Part shown: piece after piece, positions 49,499-59,097 of the stretch
Position numbering within the stretch: the stretch's first letter is position 1
Layout: the number at the start of each line of letters is the position of its first letter
The notes under the pieces: generated by a model
The model's input: only the letters and a program-made list of their open reading frames with translations
Database searches by the model: none
What the model was told of the DNA's origin: nothing
Assembly (NCBI GenBank): GCA_963667035.1
Contig: OY762964.1
Span: 1,344,001-1,408,000, forward strand
Direction: 5' to 3'
Source of the DNA: Candidatus Cloacimonadales bacterium
Lineage (GTDB): Bacteria; Cloacimonadota; Cloacimonadia; Cloacimonadales; JAFGVF01
Length of the DNA: 64,000 bases
Program-made: the position numbers and the translations under genes

Positions 49499-51288
49499 AA
49501 ACTAAACTTCGTTTACTGCCAACAAAACCCGGGTGTTATCTTTGGAAAAACGACAAGGGTAAGATAATATATGTAGGAAAGGCAGTAAATCTTAAGAATA
49601 GGGTTATGTCCTATGTAAGCGGTAAACCTTCAGATAGTAAGACTGCCAGACTAGTATCAAAAATAGCGGATTTAGATTATATCATAACCAATACTGAAAC
49701 CGAAGCATTAGAATTAGAAGCTAATCTTATCAAACAGCATCGTCCACGCTATAACATCTTACTGAAAGATGATAAGCGTTATCCTTTCATCAAAGTTACT
49801 ACAAAAGAGCCATTCCCTAGAGTCTTTGTAACAAGAGATTATGTTAAGGACGGTAATAAATACTTCGGTCCTCACACCAATGCAGGAGCTGTTAGGAAGA
49901 CAATGCGTTTAATGGAATGGATCTTCCCAATCAGAAGATGTCAGCGACTCATTCCAGCTGATAAGATTGTATTTACCAAAGCCTGTATTAATTACCAATT
50001 AGGCACATGTACAGCACCATGTATTGGGAAAATTGGTGTTGAAGAATATAGACATATTGTTGAACAAATGATGAGATTCCTTAAAGGAAAGCATAATGCA
50101 ATAATTGATGAGCTAAAATGTGAGATGCAAGAACAAGCCGATAAAATGGAATTCGAAAAGGCCGCCTTAACAAGAGATAAGATCGAAGCACTACAAAAAG
50201 TTCAATCTAATCGTACTATGTTCTTAACAGACTTTAAAGATAGAGATATTATTGCGTTAGCTAAAGAAGAAGATATTGCGGCAGTTGTTGTAATAAAAAT
50301 GGTTGAGGGTAAAGTTCTCCATAAAGAAACCTATCCTTTAACTCAAGTAAAAGAATCAACTGAAGCCGAAATTCTGTCATTCTTCTTGCAATCATACTAT
50401 GCCCAAGTAGATGATTTACCGCATAGTATATTGCTTCAGTTAGAGCCCACAGATATGAAGATTTTGAATGATTGGCTAGGAAACAGACTTACTCTCCCTC
50501 AAAGAGGTGAAAAAGCTCAGCTTATTAATGTTGCAAAACTCAATGCTTTTAACTTCGTTGAAGAACAGAAACTCGCTCATCTTAGAAAAGCAACAAGAAC
50601 TATTATACCAATTCAGGAATTGAAAGAATTATTGGATTTACCCAAACTACCTAGGAAAATTGTTTGTATGGATATTTCTACAATTCAAGGAAGTGATACG
50701 GTTTCGTCAGCAGTATTCTTTGAGAATGGTAAACCTAAAAAGAATCTCTATCGTAAGTATATTATTAAAACTGTAGAGGGACAAGATGACTTTGCCTCTA
50801 TGGCGGAGACACTGGAGCGATTTCTCAAAGAGACAAATGAAAATGAGCCGTTGAAACCGGATTTGATTGTAATTGACGGTGGAAAAGGACAGTTAAATAA
50901 AGCCTTTAATCAGTTAAAGAAGCAATCTGACGGTTCTATAAGTATGATATCATTAGCAAAAAGAATTGAGGAAGTATTCGTTGCAGGGCATAAGACTTCA
51001 ATATTACTTCCCAGGTCTTCGGGAGCTTTGAGAGTATTAGTTGATGTAAGGGATGAAGCCCATCGGTTTGCTATTACTTTCCACAGACAAAGAAGAAGTA
51101 AACGGACGATAAAATCTGAATTAGACAATATTAAGGGTGTAGGAGAAAAAACTAAGTTTCTTCTGCTAAAAGAATTTGGTTCTGTTGATGGAATAAAACA
51201 TGCAAAAGTAGGAGAATTGACAGAGATAAAAGGTATCAGTTTAAAACTTGCTTCTGAGATAATAAAGTATTTCAAAGTTAAGAAATAA
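49474..51288 (+). CDS. uvrC: Excinuclease ABC subunit C
   Basis: GIY-YIG (PGCY..YVGKA..LKNRV), DISTIQG, DGGKGQ, RDEAHRFA, HhH tail. Confidence 0.97.
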   Translation: MAKISEELKTKLRLLPTKPGCYLWKNDKGKIIYVGKAVNLKNRVMSYVSGKPSDSKTARLVSKIADLDYIITNTETEALELEANLIKQHRPRYNILLKDDKRYPFIKVTTKEPFPRVFVTRDYVKDGNKYFGPHTNAGAVRKTMRLMEWIFPIRRCQRLIPADKIVFTKACINYQLGTCTAPCIGKIGVEEYRHIVEQMMRFLKGKHNAIIDELKCEMQEQADKMEFEKAALTRDKIEALQKVQSNRTMFLTDFKDRDIIALAKEEDIAAVVVIKMVEGKVLHKETYPLTQVKESTEAEILSFFLQSYYAQVDDLPHSILLQLEPTDMKILNDWLGNRLTLPQRGEKAQLINVAKLNAFNFVEEQKLAHLRKATRTIIPIQELKELLDLPKLPRKIVCMDISTIQGSDTVSSAVFFENGKPKKNLYRKYIIKTVEGQDDFASMAETLERFLKETNENEPLKPDLIVIDGGKGQLNKAFNQLKKQSDGSISMISLAKRIEEVFVAGHKTSILLPRSSGALRVLVDVRDEAHRFAITFHRQRRSKRTIKSELDNIKGVGEKTKFLLLKEFGSVDGIKHAKVGELTEIKGISLKLASEIIKYFKVKK

Positions 51289-51329
51289 TTAGTGATATTA
51301 TACTAATCAGAAGATAATAGGAGGATTAT

Positions 51330-51575
51330 ATGGAAACAAAGAACTTGAATAGACTCGCAATTAGTGATAATGGATTTATTTTTGATCCTTCCACAGGAAT
51401 ATCTTATAACTGTAATTTAATGGCTTTAACAATAATTAATCTTTTGAAAGCGGGATTGAGCGAAGAAGAGATTGAAACAAAAATATATTCTGAGTTTGAA
51501 GTCACTCAGGAAAACCTAAATAGAGATGTTGCTTATTTTGTTAATCAATTGAAGAACTTACATCTGGTAAAGTAA
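51330..51575 (+). CDS. Stand-alone PqqD-family / RiPP recognition element (RRE) protein
   Basis: 81 aa; GFIFDPSTGISYNCN (beta strands) then IINLLK..EFEV..DVAYFVNQL (helices), typical PqqD pattern. Confidence 0.85.
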   Translation: METKNLNRLAISDNGFIFDPSTGISYNCNLMALTIINLLKAGLSEEEIETKIYSEFEVTQENLNRDVAYFVNQLKNLHLVK

Positions 51576-51576
51576 T

Positions 51577-52650
51577 ATGCAAATAGATTTAAGCAATTTA
51601 GAGATAACAGTAGCAGTTACGGGATTAAGGACCGGAGATAATCCTCAACCCGGAACACCTGTTATAAGATGTCTTCGTGATGCAGGATTTAAAGGTAAGA
51701 TTGTTGCACTTGTTTATGATGCTTTAGAAGCAGGCATCTATGTTCAAGATTTAGCTGATGAAATTTATTTAATGCCGTTTCCTTCCGGTGGTTCGGAAAT
51801 ATTCCTAAAAAGATTGGACTATATACTTAGTCAGACAAGTATAGATGTTATCATCCCCACACTTGATTCAGAGATTATTAACTATATAAGACTTCAAGAT
51901 AAACTGAATGAACGTGGTATTAAATTTTACTTACCAACAGAGGAACAATTCCTTTCAAGAGATAAAACAAGACTCAACAGAGAGTTTGAAAACCTTGGAA
52001 TTAAAGTACCCAAGACTATCTTCTGTAGCGACGCAAAAGAGTTATACAATATTGTTACAACAATTACTTTTCCATTCTTTGTTAAAGGAAGACTATACGA
52101 GGCTTATGAGGTATTCACTATTGATGAAGCCTTTGATGTATTCGCAAAACTCAAAGCTAAATGGGGTCTTCCGGTTATAGTACAAGAGAAAGTCGTTGGG
52201 GATGAGTTTAATGTTTCCATAGTAGGTGATGGTGAAGGTGGTGTTCTTGGAATGATTCCACAGAGAAAGCTTATTATAACTGATAAAGGTAAAGGCTTTG
52301 GAGGAGTTGTTGTTGAGAATAAAGAGTTAACTGAGTTTACTGATAAAGTCATATCTACACTTAAATGGAGAGGCCCGGCTGAACTTGAAGTAATACAAAA
52401 CGGAGCAGGTGAGATTTTCATTATTGAGATTAATCCAAGATTTCCTGCCTGGATAAGACTATCTTCTGGTGCTGGACAAAACTTACCGGCTATATGTCTA
52501 CTCAAAGCTCTTGGAGAGAAAGTCGAACCTATCAAAGAGTATAAAAGCGGAACAATATTTATTAGGCATTCTGAAGATATAATCTCTTCAATTGATAAAT
52601 ACGGAACTATCTCCAGTTTAGGAGAATTACACTATAACAAGGATAATTAA
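51577..52650 (+). CDS. ATP-grasp carboxylate-amine ligase-like protein
   Basis: IIPTLDSE, RDK, FPFFVKG, IVQE, IIEINPRFP. Confidence 0.88.
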   Translation: MQIDLSNLEITVAVTGLRTGDNPQPGTPVIRCLRDAGFKGKIVALVYDALEAGIYVQDLADEIYLMPFPSGGSEIFLKRLDYILSQTSIDVIIPTLDSEIINYIRLQDKLNERGIKFYLPTEEQFLSRDKTRLNREFENLGIKVPKTIFCSDAKELYNIVTTITFPFFVKGRLYEAYEVFTIDEAFDVFAKLKAKWGLPVIVQEKVVGDEFNVSIVGDGEGGVLGMIPQRKLIITDKGKGFGGVVVENKELTEFTDKVISTLKWRGPAELEVIQNGAGEIFIIEINPRFPAWIRLSSGAGQNLPAICLLKALGEKVEPIKEYKSGTIFIRHSEDIISSIDKYGTISSLGELHYNKDN

Positions 52651-52651
52651 A

Positions 52652-53995
52652 ATGAAAAAAAAATATACTCCCCCATTTATAGAGAAGAATAATGTTGGCA
52701 TGACTAACAAGTTCGGTTTCTCGAGCGTTGTTAACTATATAGATAGAATTGAAAATGTCCCAGTAGCCGATATAGTAGATAAATTTGGATCTCCAGTGAT
52801 AGTATTTTCCGAAAATGCTATAAGAGAAAAATATCGAAGAATGAAAACCGAATTAGAAAAACATTATCCAAATGCAGAGATTAGTTGGTCGTATAAAACG
52901 AACTATTTACAAGCAATCTCTTCAATATTACATCAAGAAGGAGCAAAGCCAGAAGTAGTGAGTATCATGGAATATGATATGGCTAAAGGACTAGGCCAGA
53001 AAGGTGAAGATATTATTTTTAACGGTCCGGGAAAGCGTAAAAACGACTTATTAACTGCTGTTTCAGAGAAAGCCAAAATACACATTGATCACATGGACGA
53101 GTTATTTTTACTCGAAGAAGTGGCTGACGAATTAAGTATGACTCCTCAAGTAGCCATCCGAGTTAATATGGACACAAAAGTATACCCTCAATGGCAAAGA
53201 TTCGGTTTTAATTATGACAATGGAGAAGCAATGAGAGTTCTTCAAAGGATAGTATCCGGAGGAAAACTACAGATTATTGGTCTTCACTGTCACATAGGCA
53301 CTTTCATGTTAGAACCTTCAGCCTACTATTATTCTGCAAAAGCATTGTTAGATTTAGCTATGCAACTTAAGGATAAATTTGGAATTGTAATTGATTATAT
53401 AGATTTAGGTGGAGGATTTGCTTCGAGAAATACCCTTCATAACCAATATACTCCCGGTGAATTTGCTTCACCCAATCCTGATCAGTATTTTTCAGCAATA
53501 GGTAAAGCTTTTAATGAATCTCAGTTTACAAGAGAGGAGAATCCGAGATTAATTATGGAAACAGGACGAGTCTTGGTTTCTGAAGCAGGATACTGTATTG
53601 CGTCAGTACTTGGTAAAAAAGACTTACCTACAGGACAAAGAGCCGTAATTCTTGATGGTGGAGTAAACATTATGATAACAGCTTGGTGGTATAATCTGAA
53701 TATTAAACCTGCTCAACCTCTTTCAGGAACATCCAGAAATACAATTTTTTATGGTCCTTTGTGTATGAACATTGATGTTGTTAAGCCTGATTGTGTATTC
53801 CCTGATTTACAAGTTAATGATAAAGTTGTAATTCATCCTGTTGGTGCATATAATGTAACCCAATGGATGCAGTTTATTGAATATAGACCCAATGTAGTAT
53901 TGATAACAGAGACCGGTGAAATTGAACTGATTAGAGAAAGAGAATATCTCAAAGACATTCAACACAAAGAGAGAATACCGGAACACTTGAAGTAG
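52652..53995 (+). CDS. Fold-type III PLP enzyme (LysA/ornithine decarboxylase-like, divergent)
   Basis: SYKTN (PLP Lys), FNGPGK, HCHIGT, DLGGGF, ETGR, GPLC, GAY. Confidence 0.85.
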   Translation: MKKKYTPPFIEKNNVGMTNKFGFSSVVNYIDRIENVPVADIVDKFGSPVIVFSENAIREKYRRMKTELEKHYPNAEISWSYKTNYLQAISSILHQEGAKPEVVSIMEYDMAKGLGQKGEDIIFNGPGKRKNDLLTAVSEKAKIHIDHMDELFLLEEVADELSMTPQVAIRVNMDTKVYPQWQRFGFNYDNGEAMRVLQRIVSGGKLQIIGLHCHIGTFMLEPSAYYYSAKALLDLAMQLKDKFGIVIDYIDLGGGFASRNTLHNQYTPGEFASPNPDQYFSAIGKAFNESQFTREENPRLIMETGRVLVSEAGYCIASVLGKKDLPTGQRAVILDGGVNIMITAWWYNLNIKPAQPLSGTSRNTIFYGPLCMNIDVVKPDCVFPDLQVNDKVVIHPVGAYNVTQWMQFIEYRPNVVLITETGEIELIREREYLKDIQHKERIPEHLK

Positions 53996-54003
53996 ACGTA
54001 TTT

Positions 54004-56145
54004 ATGAATAAATCAAAGTATTTATACTCCTTTATTGAGGCAGTTCTTAACTCATACTCAACAATTATGTTCAGTAATGAAAGAATAGTAGGTCTCTTAA
54101 TACTATTATCTACACTGATAGATTGGAAAACAGGCTTATCGGGTTTAGTCGGAACCGCAATAGCTTTACTATTTGCCAGAGTATTCAGGTTTGAAGGATG
54201 GGATAGTAAATCAGGTTTGTTAGGTTTCAATAGTCTACTAGTTACTTTAGGATTAGGGTATTTCTACCCTTTCAACGGATCTAATCCCTTAATATTCTCA
54301 AGTATCCTCATAATAGCATCAATACTAGCTCTTTTTACTTATATTGCGTTAAATACGATTATTGTTCGCTATTTAAATTTCCCTTCAATGAGTTTATCTT
54401 TCTCAGTAATAGCTATATTCTTAAGCTTTTTCTATCTGAGAATAGGTGGGACATTGATAGGTGAGATTAGGCCCTTGTTGATACAGACATCTATTGAACT
54501 ACCTCAATACTTTGATTTGTATTTAAAAAGCCTTGGTAGCATTTTTTTTCAACCGAATATTATAACCGGAGCAGTCATTGCATTAGCACTGTTAGTAACT
54601 TCTAGAATAGGTTTTGTTCTATCTTTAGTAGGATTTAGTCTTAGTTTTGTTTTTATGACAGTGTTCAATAGCTTCCCAACAGGTGAGATACTATTCCCCA
54701 GTTTGAACCTCATTCTTATCTCAATAGCTATAGGAGGAGTGTTCTTCATCCCTAGTTGGTACTCTTATTTGATTGCTGTTATTGCGGGTATTACCGGTAT
54801 CATTATTGCTTTCTCATTCCAGACAATGCTTTACAATTTCTTTGTTCCGCCTTTTGCATTTCCTTATTGCATTACAGTATTCATCTACGTATATGCAATG
54901 CGATTAAGGTTAGTAAACAAAAATCCCTATAGTATTGATTACGGTTCTTTCCATCCTGAAGGAAACTTAGAGTACTATTACTCAAGAATAGAAAGATTTT
55001 ATGAAACAGGAACTTCCCAGTTTGCTCTTCCATTTAGTGGCGAATGGACTATTACACAGGGGAATGAAGGTGAGTTTACTCATAAAGACTTATGGAAACA
55101 TGCTTGGGATTTTGAGATTTATGATAAAGAAGGTAGCAGTTATAGAAATGAGGGAGTAAATGTTACTGATTATTACTGCTATGGGAAACCCGTGTTTGCA
55201 TCTGCTCCCGGGTATGTAACTAAAGTTCTTGATGGTATTTTGGATAATCCGGTAGGACAAATCAATACTATAGATAACTGGGGAAACTATGTTATCGTTC
55301 ATCATTGGGGTAGTATCTATTCAATGTATGCCCATTTAAAGCCAGGAACTATAAATCTCAAACAAGGTGATACAATTAGCAAAGGGACTAAGCTTGGATC
55401 TGTTGGTAACTCGGGACGTTCTGCTGTTCCCCATTTGCATTTTAACATACAATTAGGTCCGGAGCCCGGCTCATCCACATTGAAATCCTATCTTGTTAAT
55501 TACAAAACAACAATAGATAACACTAACTTCAAGTTTATTCCATATGGTATTCCATTGAAAGATGATAGGATCTCTCCCCTAATTCCTGATTCTTCATTGC
55601 AAGATATTTTGAATCTTAAAGTCACTGATAAATCTTCATTCAAAGTGAGAACAGTTAAAGGTGTTAAACAAGAAACTTGGGAAGTCAATGTAGATTTACT
55701 AGGAAACCTAAGTATTATTAGTGATAAATCCTATATCTATTTTTCTGTTTATGAAGGAATCTACAATTGTTTTAGTTACTATGGCAAGAGAAACATCGGA
55801 TTACACACCTTTGCACTTATCTTATCAAGACTACCATATTTAAAAAGTAAAGCAATTGAATGGACTGATAAACCTCCTCTTTCTATTTTCTATAATCCGT
55901 TTATAGAAAAAACAGTTCTCTTCATCAAAGCTTTCTTACCAAATTTCATAACGACAGAAGCCCAATATAAAGCAGTTGACAATAACAACATCATAAAAAT
56001 AGATTCATTTATTACCATAAAGATTGTAAATAGAATCTTTAAAAGCTACCATGGCAAGTTAGAGGTTGATGTAAGTAAGGGGATTACATACATGAGCTTG
56101 GAGGATAGCAAAAAATTTCTTGTAGAGGTTGAAAGAATAGAATAA
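54004..56145 (+). CDS. Urea-transporter-like membrane domain fused to M23 metallopeptidase domain
   Basis: About 10 TM with GLLGFNSLL and SLGSIFFQPNIITG; then ITQG..H..AWDF, GNYV, YAHL, GNSGRS..PHLHF. Confidence 0.8.
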   Translation: MNKSKYLYSFIEAVLNSYSTIMFSNERIVGLLILLSTLIDWKTGLSGLVGTAIALLFARVFRFEGWDSKSGLLGFNSLLVTLGLGYFYPFNGSNPLIFSSILIIASILALFTYIALNTIIVRYLNFPSMSLSFSVIAIFLSFFYLRIGGTLIGEIRPLLIQTSIELPQYFDLYLKSLGSIFFQPNIITGAVIALALLVTSRIGFVLSLVGFSLSFVFMTVFNSFPTGEILFPSLNLILISIAIGGVFFIPSWYSYLIAVIAGITGIIIAFSFQTMLYNFFVPPFAFPYCITVFIYVYAMRLRLVNKNPYSIDYGSFHPEGNLEYYYSRIERFYETGTSQFALPFSGEWTITQGNEGEFTHKDLWKHAWDFEIYDKEGSSYRNEGVNVTDYYCYGKPVFASAPGYVTKVLDGILDNPVGQINTIDNWGNYVIVHHWGSIYSMYAHLKPGTINLKQGDTISKGTKLGSVGNSGRSAVPHLHFNIQLGPEPGSSTLKSYLVNYKTTIDNTNFKFIPYGIPLKDDRISPLIPDSSLQDILNLKVTDKSSFKVRTVKGVKQETWEVNVDLLGNLSIISDKSYIYFSVYEGIYNCFSYYGKRNIGLHTFALILSRLPYLKSKAIEWTDKPPLSIFYNPFIEKTVLFIKAFLPNFITTEAQYKAVDNNNIIKIDSFITIKIVNRIFKSYHGKLEVDVSKGITYMSLEDSKKFLVEVERIE

Positions 56146-57542
56146 TGCTTTTTAATTCTTTAGAGTTTGCTCTATTTTTACCAATAGTTCTAATCCTGTT
56201 TCATTTGATTCCAGCAAAGGGAAGATGGGGTTTGTTACTAGGAGCAAGTTTCTTATTTTATAGTTTTTGGAGACCTGAATATCTACTACTGATAGTAACA
56301 TCAATAGTAGTAGATTATATTGCAGGTATCAGAATTGAGAAAAGCAAATCTCAAAGAATTAAAAAAACATTTCTTATCATAAGTTTAATAACTAATCTAG
56401 GACTACTGCTATTCTTTAAATATTTTAATTTCCTTGCTAACAGCATTGTAAATCTAATACCAACTATGCAATTCGAAACTAATCACAGATTCCTCAATGT
56501 GCTTCTTCCGGTTGGAATTTCTTTTTATACTTTCCAGACAATGGGCTACACAATAGATGTTTATAAAGGGAAATTAAAAGCAGAAAAACACATAGGCTAT
56601 TTTGCTCTTTATGTCTCATTCTTTCCACAACTTGTAGCTGGTCCTATTGAGAGAGCTGATCATCTTTTACCTCAGTTTAAAAAAAAGAAGCCAATAACTA
56701 ATGATGATTTGTTAATAGGATTTTCAAGAATAGTATTAGGCTTTTTTAAGAAAGTAGTAATTGCAGACAGATTAGCTTTATTCTCTGACGAGGTGTTTAA
56801 TCATGCTACTTCTTATTCAGGAATACCACTAATTATTGGAGTAGTTTTTTTTACATTTCAAATCTATTGCGATTTCAGTGGATACACTGATATCGCTTTA
56901 GGTATAGCTAGAATAATGGGAATCAGATTGCTTGAGAACTTTAAAACTCCTTATCTTTCAAGAAACATTAATGAATTCTGGAAGCGTTGGCATATATCTC
57001 TCTCCGGATGGTTCAGAGACTACTTATACATTCCTCTAGGGGGGAATAGAATTTCAATACCCCGTAAGTATTTAAACTTGATTATTGTATTTGTCCTTAG
57101 CGGATTTTGGCATGGAGCAAATTGGACATTTATGATTTGGGGATTTGTACATGGTGTTCTACTTATTGGATGGAATATTCTTAAACCTCTAAATCTTAGA
57201 ATTCCAAAAGCAATTAGCATTTTTCTCACATTCATAGTTGTTAGTATTGCTTGGATTTTCTTCAGGGCATCATCACTTTCTGATTCATTACACATCATAG
57301 GCAGTATCATCTCCCCTGTTCATTGGGGTGGATTTTTACCCGGGTTAACGATGACAGAATTAATTTTAAGTGCATTTTTCATTACCTTAATGAGCATAAT
57401 ACATTCAAGGTTAGGAGCAGATATGCAGAAGATGCTAAATCAATCACCATTAAAAAGAGTTCTTGTATTGAGCTCGCTAGTAGTTTTGATATTCAGTTTC
57501 GGAATATTTAACGAAAACCAGTTTATCTATTTCCAATTCTAA
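56145..57542 (+). CDS. MBOAT O-acyltransferase (AlgI/PatA/DltB-like)
   Basis: LPVGISFYTFQ, FFPQLVAGPIER, FWKRWHISLS, SGFWHGANW, C-terminal FIYFQF. Confidence 0.95.
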   Translation: MLFNSLEFALFLPIVLILFHLIPAKGRWGLLLGASFLFYSFWRPEYLLLIVTSIVVDYIAGIRIEKSKSQRIKKTFLIISLITNLGLLLFFKYFNFLANSIVNLIPTMQFETNHRFLNVLLPVGISFYTFQTMGYTIDVYKGKLKAEKHIGYFALYVSFFPQLVAGPIERADHLLPQFKKKKPITNDDLLIGFSRIVLGFFKKVVIADRLALFSDEVFNHATSYSGIPLIIGVVFFTFQIYCDFSGYTDIALGIARIMGIRLLENFKTPYLSRNINEFWKRWHISLSGWFRDYLYIPLGGNRISIPRKYLNLIIVFVLSGFWHGANWTFMIWGFVHGVLLIGWNILKPLNLRIPKAISIFLTFIVVSIAWIFFRASSLSDSLHIIGSIISPVHWGGFLPGLTMTELILSAFFITLMSIIHSRLGADMQKMLNQSPLKRVLVLSSLVVLIFSFGIFNENQFIYFQF

Positions 57543-57543
57543 C

Positions 57544-58491
57544 ATGAAAGCAATTATTAAATATATTATACTCTTTATGTCGGTTACAGTTATCCTAGTA
57601 GCAATACTAGCCGTTATAAACAGATTCATTTTCTTACCCGTAATCTATAATCCGAAGTATTTTTCTTTAAATGAGAAAACATTCATAATGGGTGATTCCC
57701 ATACTCAGTGTGCTATTAATCCTAAGTATATTGATGATTCAGTAAATCTATCAAAAAATAGTGAGAATTACTTTCTAACTTACGTTAAATTGTCATATTT
57801 CCTCAAGTACAACAAACCTAATCGTTTAATACTAAATTTCTCATATCATAACTTCTCAACCTTATACGACAAAGAGATGTTTGGAGTTAGGCGTAATGTT
57901 CTCCTAAACAGATATTATCCAATTATTAATGATAAAAGCAACTTTTTTACTTCCAAGAAAGATGGTGACTGGCTATACACAAAACTTAAATATGATTGGG
58001 GTTTGCCATTTGATTTTTCGAATAACATGCACTTGTTTTTCTATTTGAAGCATTTTGATAAACCTGATATTGCCAACTATCCCTTCGGAGGTTACTATAG
58101 ATACAATGATACTTGTAATCTATCAAACGATACAATCAAGCATTCTCTAAAGGCACATTATAACAACAATGGAGAACGAGCCGGTGTTTCTAAACTGATG
58201 TATGATTATGTCAAAAGAATTTGCGAGGTTTGCAAAGAGAATGATATTGAGATTATTTTAGTGAACACTCCAGTACATACTGATTATTATAAAAAAATCC
58301 CTGAAGCCTTTAAAGAAAATCACATTATAGTATATAATTACTTGAAAGAAGAATATAGTGCTAAATATTTTGATTTCTCAACGTTTCCAATTCCTGATAA
58401 AGGATATGGAGATGGTGATCATCTGAATGCTTATGGAGCAACCATATTCTCAAAAGAACTTAAGAAAACTTTAGACTCATTGGAGGAATAG
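57544..58491 (+). CDS. SGNH/DltD-like extracytoplasmic acyltransferase/esterase
   Basis: N-terminal TM anchor; GDSH; C-terminal DGDHLN. Confidence 0.75.
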   Translation: MKAIIKYIILFMSVTVILVAILAVINRFIFLPVIYNPKYFSLNEKTFIMGDSHTQCAINPKYIDDSVNLSKNSENYFLTYVKLSYFLKYNKPNRLILNFSYHNFSTLYDKEMFGVRRNVLLNRYYPIINDKSNFFTSKKDGDWLYTKLKYDWGLPFDFSNNMHLFFYLKHFDKPDIANYPFGGYYRYNDTCNLSNDTIKHSLKAHYNNNGERAGVSKLMYDYVKRICEVCKENDIEIILVNTPVHTDYYKKIPEAFKENHIIVYNYLKEEYSAKYFDFSTFPIPDKGYGDGDHLNAYGATIFSKELKKTLDSLEE

Positions 58492-59097
58492 ATGCGTAAA
58501 TACTTTCTTATTGTAATCATATTTATGTTTTTTACCAGTCTCATAGCAGATACTGACAGTCCAATAACCAGATCATATAATTATGAAAATAATTATCAAT
58601 ACACTGCAGCAATTGAAGCTATGAGCTTTCTTATTAGTAATGAACCTGATAATGCTTTCTATAATACAAGACTTGGATGGTTAAATTACCTAAATACCGA
58701 CTACACTGCTGCAAAGAACTACTATGAGAAAGCTTATAAGAAAGAAAAGAATACTGAAGCTCTGGAAGGTCTAAATCTAGTATCTTACTATTCCGGAGAC
58801 TGGGATAACGTAATTTACTACTCTGATGAGATTCTTAAGAAGTACCCTCATAACTTTGTTGCTTTAACCTATAAAGCATACGCATTTTTCATGAAGTCCG
58901 ATTGGATAAAAGCAGCAAAGATTTACAATCTTATTCTAGCAAGATATCCTTATCATATAGATAGCAGATGTTATCTTCTTGCCTGTTATACATATTCATC
59001 CGATATCCTTAAAGCGAAAACACAATACGAATTCGTTAAGAAATATGCTCCTACAAGTAAATATCTAATTGAGTATGAAGCTACTGTTAAAAAATAG
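58492..59097 (+). CDS. Secreted TPR protein
   Basis: Signal peptide; RLGWLNY..AKNYYEKA TPR units. Confidence 0.8.
   Translation: MRKYFLIVIIFMFFTSLIADTDSPITRSYNYENNYQYTAAIEAMSFLISNEPDNAFYNTRLGWLNYLNTDYTAAKNYYEKAYKKEKNTEALEGLNLVSYYSGDWDNVIYYSDEILKKYPHNFVALTYKAYAFFMKSDWIKAAKIYNLILARYPYHIDSRCYLLACYTYSSDILKAKTQYEFVKKYAPTSKYLIEYEATVKK

Noticed and set aside
51330..51575. PQQ biosynthesis or classical lasso/graspetide cluster
   Set aside because: No PqqA/B/C/E, radical SAM, lasso cyclase or B2 protease, and no short precursor ORF in the 41-nt upstream gap or between genes
52652..53995. Naming the gene lysA
   Set aside because: Substrate-site motifs diverge and the context is not lysine biosynthesis
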